Virus record (IMG/VR): IMGVR_UViG_3300025646_000320
Coordinates: 1 to 25,873 of that record
Length of the DNA stretch: 25,873 bases
DNA from: a virus
Taxonomy: Duplodnaviria; Caudoviricetes
Reading direction: 5' to 3' (one strand)
Both the position numbers and the translations under genes were made by a program. The notes beneath the pieces are model-generated. The model was not told the DNA's origin, did no database searches, and was given only the letters and a program-made list of their open reading frames with translations. Each line of letters opens with the position of its first letter. Position 1 is the first letter of the stretch. Below are positions 23,207-25,873 of the stretch, one piece after another.

Positions 23207-23265
23207 CTGCCATTTTGGCAGGGCCGGCCGCTCGCGCATAAACCCTTGCAGGACAAGCACTTACG
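23207..23265 (+). repeat. Conserved intergenic element, copy 5
   Basis: CTGCCATTTTGGCAG directly after the stop, 15 nt, CATAAACCCTT-GCAGGAC-AAGCACTTACG. Confidence 0.95.
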
Positions 23266-23289
23266 ACGATCTGAATTCCCACTTTCTCC

Positions 23290-23318
23290 TTGAAAGATAC
23301 CAGCCCACCTCCTATTAT
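23290..23318 (+). promoter_or_regulatory. sigma70-type promoter, leaderless
   Basis: TTGAAA-17-TATTAT-6 nt-ATG(23325). Confidence 0.8.
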
Positions 23319-23324
23319 ACACTC

Positions 23325-23540
23325 ATGAGCAAGAGCCACCAGATGGAAGCCTATCTCCACACGCTACAACCTACTCGTTCTACTGCCATGGCACAAGGTA
23401 AGTGCGTGGTCTGTGGTGGTGACGCCAGCGAGTTCAAAGATGATATCTCTGCCAAAGAGTATACTATCTCTGGGCTGTGCCAAGAGTGCCAAGATGAGGC
23501 ATTCGCACCTTATGATGAGGATGAAGACGATGAGAGTTGA
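23325..23540 (+). CDS. 71-aa Zn-finger protein with acidic tail
   Basis: CVVCG...F.D..S.KEY.ISGLCQECQD. Start revised from 23007. Confidence 0.8.
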   Translation: MSKSHQMEAYLHTLQPTRSTAMAQGKCVVCGGDASEFKDDISAKEYTISGLCQECQDEAFAPYDEDEDDES

Positions 23541-23784
23541 ACCTACTAAGTTTCCTAACAATGCCCTCCTCACTTGCTGGGCATGGAATCATATGCTCCA
23601 AACTAAACATAGAGCATGTGCTAGTAAGTTTCTAGATGAGCATGAGAATGCTTCTAACGCATGGCGCAGGAAGTGGATGAAAGTTAGCAAGGGTGGCACT
23701 AGAGGATTCGTTCTACACTTGCTGTTCTTGGACAATTGGGTTGCACTAATGTTTCGCAGAAGCTGTGAGAGGTTTGGAAGATGA
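23530..23784 (+). CDS. 84-aa hypothetical protein
   Basis: ATG overlapping the upstream gene end (MRVEPTKFP...). Confidence 0.5.
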   Translation: MRVEPTKFPNNALLTCWAWNHMLQTKHRACASKFLDEHENASNAWRRKWMKVSKGGTRGFVLHLLFLDNWVALMFRRSCERFGR

Positions 23785-23875
23785 ATGAGCAGGAATTGAA
23801 TGATATCGCAGAGGATATTATCTCTTTATTGGACGAGTCTCAGGAATGATGGGGCTCGTCCCCTACTATATCAGT

Positions 23876-24040
23876 ATGTCCCGCACCCGTTATAGCTATG
23901 GAATGCCTTGGATAACTATTGGATTGTTGTCCCTTGTTATTGCATCCTCCACGATCTCATCAGAGGCATTTGCTGCTATCTTCTGTCTTGTTATTAGCAC
24001 TCTGATCGTGCTCTCCAGGCAAGATGGAGCTAAACTTTGA
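23876..24040 (+). CDS. 54-aa two-helix membrane protein
   Basis: TACTAT-6 nt-ATG with a poor -35; two hydrophobic segments. Confidence 0.6.
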   Translation: MSRTRYSYGMPWITIGLLSLVIASSTISSEAFAAIFCLVISTLIVLSRQDGAKL

Positions 24041-24063
24041 GCTTGAACCACCATATGTTGTGG

Positions 24064-24452
24064 TTTGACTCTATTGAATTTGACTTTTAGACCGCTCATT
24101 CTTATATGAATTGTCGGAGCTAAACTCTCATATTCAACACATTTGACTTTCTTATAAGCACACACTATATAGTGTGTGCAATTTGACTTTTACATGCCCC
24201 TTAGAGCTTGTTTGAATCTTGCTCTAAGTTTGTTGTGAATGTGTGTGCGGGTCAAGCAATCAACAAACACTCAACAAGTTCTGAGTCTTGTCTATGCCCA
24301 ACCACGCACCTCTAATTTGACTTTTACCAATGTCGAGTTGTCAATAGTGAAGGAAGCACTCTGTCCCTTCACATTACTATAGTAGGTTGTGGTGTTGGAT
24401 ATGTCAAGCCATTATCCCATTTACCTAACTATCTACTTGGAATTTGACTTTC
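24064..24452. repeat. AT-rich region with six TTTGACT-core repeats and a perfect 22-bp palindrome; possible replication origin
   Basis: Repeats at 24064, 24077, 24141, 24180, 24314 and 24441 (best form AATTTGACTTTT); GCACACACTATATAGTGTGTGC at 24158-24179. Confidence 0.6.
24379..24407 (-). promoter_or_regulatory. Near-consensus sigma70 promoter pointing into the repeat region
   Basis: TTGACA-17-TACTAT-6 nt-GTG on the minus strand. Confidence 0.75.
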
Positions 24453-24597
24453 TAGTCCTTGTTCTTTGGGTCCTAGTTCTCTTGACAGGACGCTTGATGT
24501 TGGGCAATCTAAGCAGTGGTGTATTCTTAGGCCAGAAGACTAGAGTGGAGAACAGGATGCCTACTTCTAGGATGTAAACGACCTCAATTATGTCCAT
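24433..24597 (-). CDS. 54-aa membrane-anchored basic protein
   Basis: MDIIEVVYILEVGILFSTLVFW followed by an Arg-rich tail; overlaps the upstream gene. Confidence 0.5.
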   Translation of the reverse strand: MDIIEVVYILEVGILFSTLVFWPKNTPLLRLPNIKRPVKRTRTQRTRTRKSNSK

Positions 24598-24706
24598 AGG
24601 AGTATACCTTGTATGAGCGATCAAAGTGGTTCAGATGCTTGACCATCATTAGGCTGGATACACATGGTAGGGTTGCCATGAGGAATCCGTATACTATGTT
24701 CTTCAT
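24584..24706 (-). CDS. 40-aa hypothetical protein
   Basis: ATGA overlap with the upstream stop; MKNIVYGFLMATLPCVSSLMMV... Confidence 0.45.
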   Translation of the reverse strand: MKNIVYGFLMATLPCVSSLMMVKHLNHFDRSYKVYSYGHN

Positions 24707-25053
24707 CGTTCGAGTATCTCCTGTAGATCTTTAAGTTTAGCGGCCATCTTATAATTCTGCTTGCACACTTCCTCATATGCTTCATACAGTTGATCGTATT
24801 TACGCTTGAGTGCCTCTTGCGTGTGAGGTCTGGGCTTGAGGGCTTCACGCTTTGCCTTACGCTTCTCGGCGTTGCGTTTCTGAACTAGGTTGTAGCACTT
24901 CTTGCACCTACTATATTTACCGTAGGCTCCTGAATCGCTGGCATAGAACTCACTAGCAGGCAACCACTCATGGCAATGGGCACACTCTCTAGCGACCATA
25001 ACGCCATTCTCAACTCCAATCTTTAGATTGTTGTAGGATGTCTCGATCTTCAT
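24703..25053 (-). CDS. Zn-ribbon plus coiled-coil protein, 116 aa
   Basis: CAHCHEWLPASEFY.......YSRCKKC; TTGGGA-17-TAGTAT-6 nt-ATG supports the start at 25053. Confidence 0.75.
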   Translation of the reverse strand: MKIETSYNNLKIGVENGVMVARECAHCHEWLPASEFYASDSGAYGKYSRCKKCYNLVQKRNAEKRKAKREALKPRPHTQEALKRKYDQLYEAYEEVCKQNYKMAAKLKDLQEILER

Positions 25054-25062
25054 GCACATATA

Positions 25063-25578
25063 CTAGGCTGATTCATTGTGAATCCCAAAGAGATTCTCTC
25101 TTTTACTGTATGCGATTGAACCCTTGGGGTATTCACGCCACACATCGTCAAACTTTTTAAAGACTAAGTTCACATTAGGGAACTCTGTGATGTCTGCGAT
25201 GCAAAGATACTTAGCCACAGTCTCCTTCTTAGCCTTCTTAGCATCCATCTTTCGACCCGATCCCACCATATATGACGGCACAAACTTACATCCGCCTCTG
25301 GTGAATGTCTTCACCTCTAGCTTCTGTCCTCCTCGTCCTACCATATCATATCCCTTGGCGTTGCTAGACTCTGCTCCACGAAGCCCTGAGAAGCGCTCTG
25401 CGACCTCTAGCTCGATGAAGCGACTAGCTACTCGTCCGTCCCTGAAAAGCTCTGAGAGAGCCTCTGAGGAGCATCTGCCAAATGAGTAGTTATCAATGAT
25501 AATGGGATATGTCTTGTCTAGTTCAAAGACATCAAGTTTGGGGTGGCGTTTAAACCACTTCTGTAGGAATGCAATCAT
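25063..25578 (-). CDS. PD-(D/E)xK-type nuclease-like protein, 171 aa
   Basis: Helix E (RFIELEV), GYD...KLEVK. Start coupled (ATGA) to the upstream stop. Confidence 0.65.
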   Translation of the reverse strand: MIAFLQKWFKRHPKLDVFELDKTYPIIIDNYSFGRCSSEALSELFRDGRVASRFIELEVAERFSGLRGAESSNAKGYDMVGRGGQKLEVKTFTRGGCKFVPSYMVGSGRKMDAKKAKKETVAKYLCIADITEFPNVNLVFKKFDDVWREYPKGSIAYSKRENLFGIHNESA

Positions 25579-25760
25579 AGTGCTTGATAGTGATAAGTCT
25601 TGTTTAGGAGGTGAGGCCAACATCCTTCGGTTGTTCCCCACCTGTAAGTTTGTCCTGGCTGGATTGACATGCAACTAACCATTAAAGATAACCAGAAGAC
25701 GAACGCCAACACGACGCTCGTCCTCCAGATTAGATCTTTAGTCTCCTCATCAAGTGTCAT
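25575..25760 (-). CDS. 61-aa membrane protein
   Basis: MTLDEETKDLIWRTSVVLAFVFWLSLMVSC; AGGGGA upstream. Confidence 0.6.
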   Translation of the reverse strand: MTLDEETKDLIWRTSVVLAFVFWLSLMVSCMSIQPGQTYRWGTTEGCWPHLLNKTYHYQAL

Positions 25761-25872
25761 GCTGTCCCCTACGGTGCATCTCAAACGCAAGGTTGTAGAA
25801 CTTCTCGTTGGAGCCAGGGTATCCTTTGTAGGCTGCCCAGTTCTTAAACTCCTTGTAGAACAGAGTCCAGAA
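25750..25872 (-). CDS. 3' end of a hypothetical protein (truncated by window)
   Basis: Open frame ...FWTLFYKEFKNWAAYKGYPGSNEKFYNLAFEMHRRGQHDT*. Confidence 0.5.
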   Translation of the reverse strand, partial: FWTLFYKEFKNWAAYKGYPGSNEKFYNLAFEMHRRGQHDT

Positions 25873-25873
25873 G

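Noticed and set aside
19769-23265. Intergenic element as a CRISPR repeat, TIGR array or classical attC
   Set aside because: Copies are separated by 0.7-1 kb of genes, not short spacers. No cas or tas gene is seen, and the conserved core has no RYYYAAC/GTTRRRY ends.
20562-23324. Long N-terminal extensions of track ORFs (20562, 21167, 22108, 23007) and antisense ORFs 19847..20284, 20619..21284, 21188..22009
   Set aside because: The extensions run through repeats and promoters (similar CHFG...NPCRT.TYD text is translated repeat). The antisense ORFs reflect codon bias of the plus-strand genes.
24158-24179. Palindrome as a protelomerase telomere-resolution site
   Set aside because: Symmetry stops at 22 bp and no protelomerase gene is in the window.
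11983-25873. Genome-wide stop-codon reassignment explaining the TGA at 18820-18822
   Set aside because: Terminase, DUF932-like and other genes end at TGA at sensible lengths, and long genes are intact in the standard code.

Overview
A segment of a large T4-like (gp17/gp20-type) tailed phage genome. Left half (1-11935, minus strand): one giant repeat-rich fibre-like ORF of at least 3978 codons that runs off the window and is absent from the ORF track. Middle (11983-18840): a 497-aa acidic protein, the portal, the large terminase, a GT2-like glycosyltransferase, a Cys-rich protein, small basic proteins and a 37-codon ORF with an in-frame TGA followed by a SECIS-like hairpin. Right (19011-24040, plus strand): an array of mostly leaderless gene units, usually with a sigma70-type promoter (TTGnnn-16/17-TAnnAT-6/7 nt-ATG). 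Five units are preceded by a conserved ~59-bp element of fixed geometry (15-bp palindrome, 15-bp GC linker, 11-7-11 inverted repeat). The cargo includes a sigma factor, DUF932-like, GP88-like and Zn-finger proteins and a probable sRNA. An iteron- and palindrome-rich possible origin (24040-24452) separates this array from a convergent minus-strand block containing a PD-(D/E)xK nuclease. All calls come from reading the sequence by hand; no searches were run.
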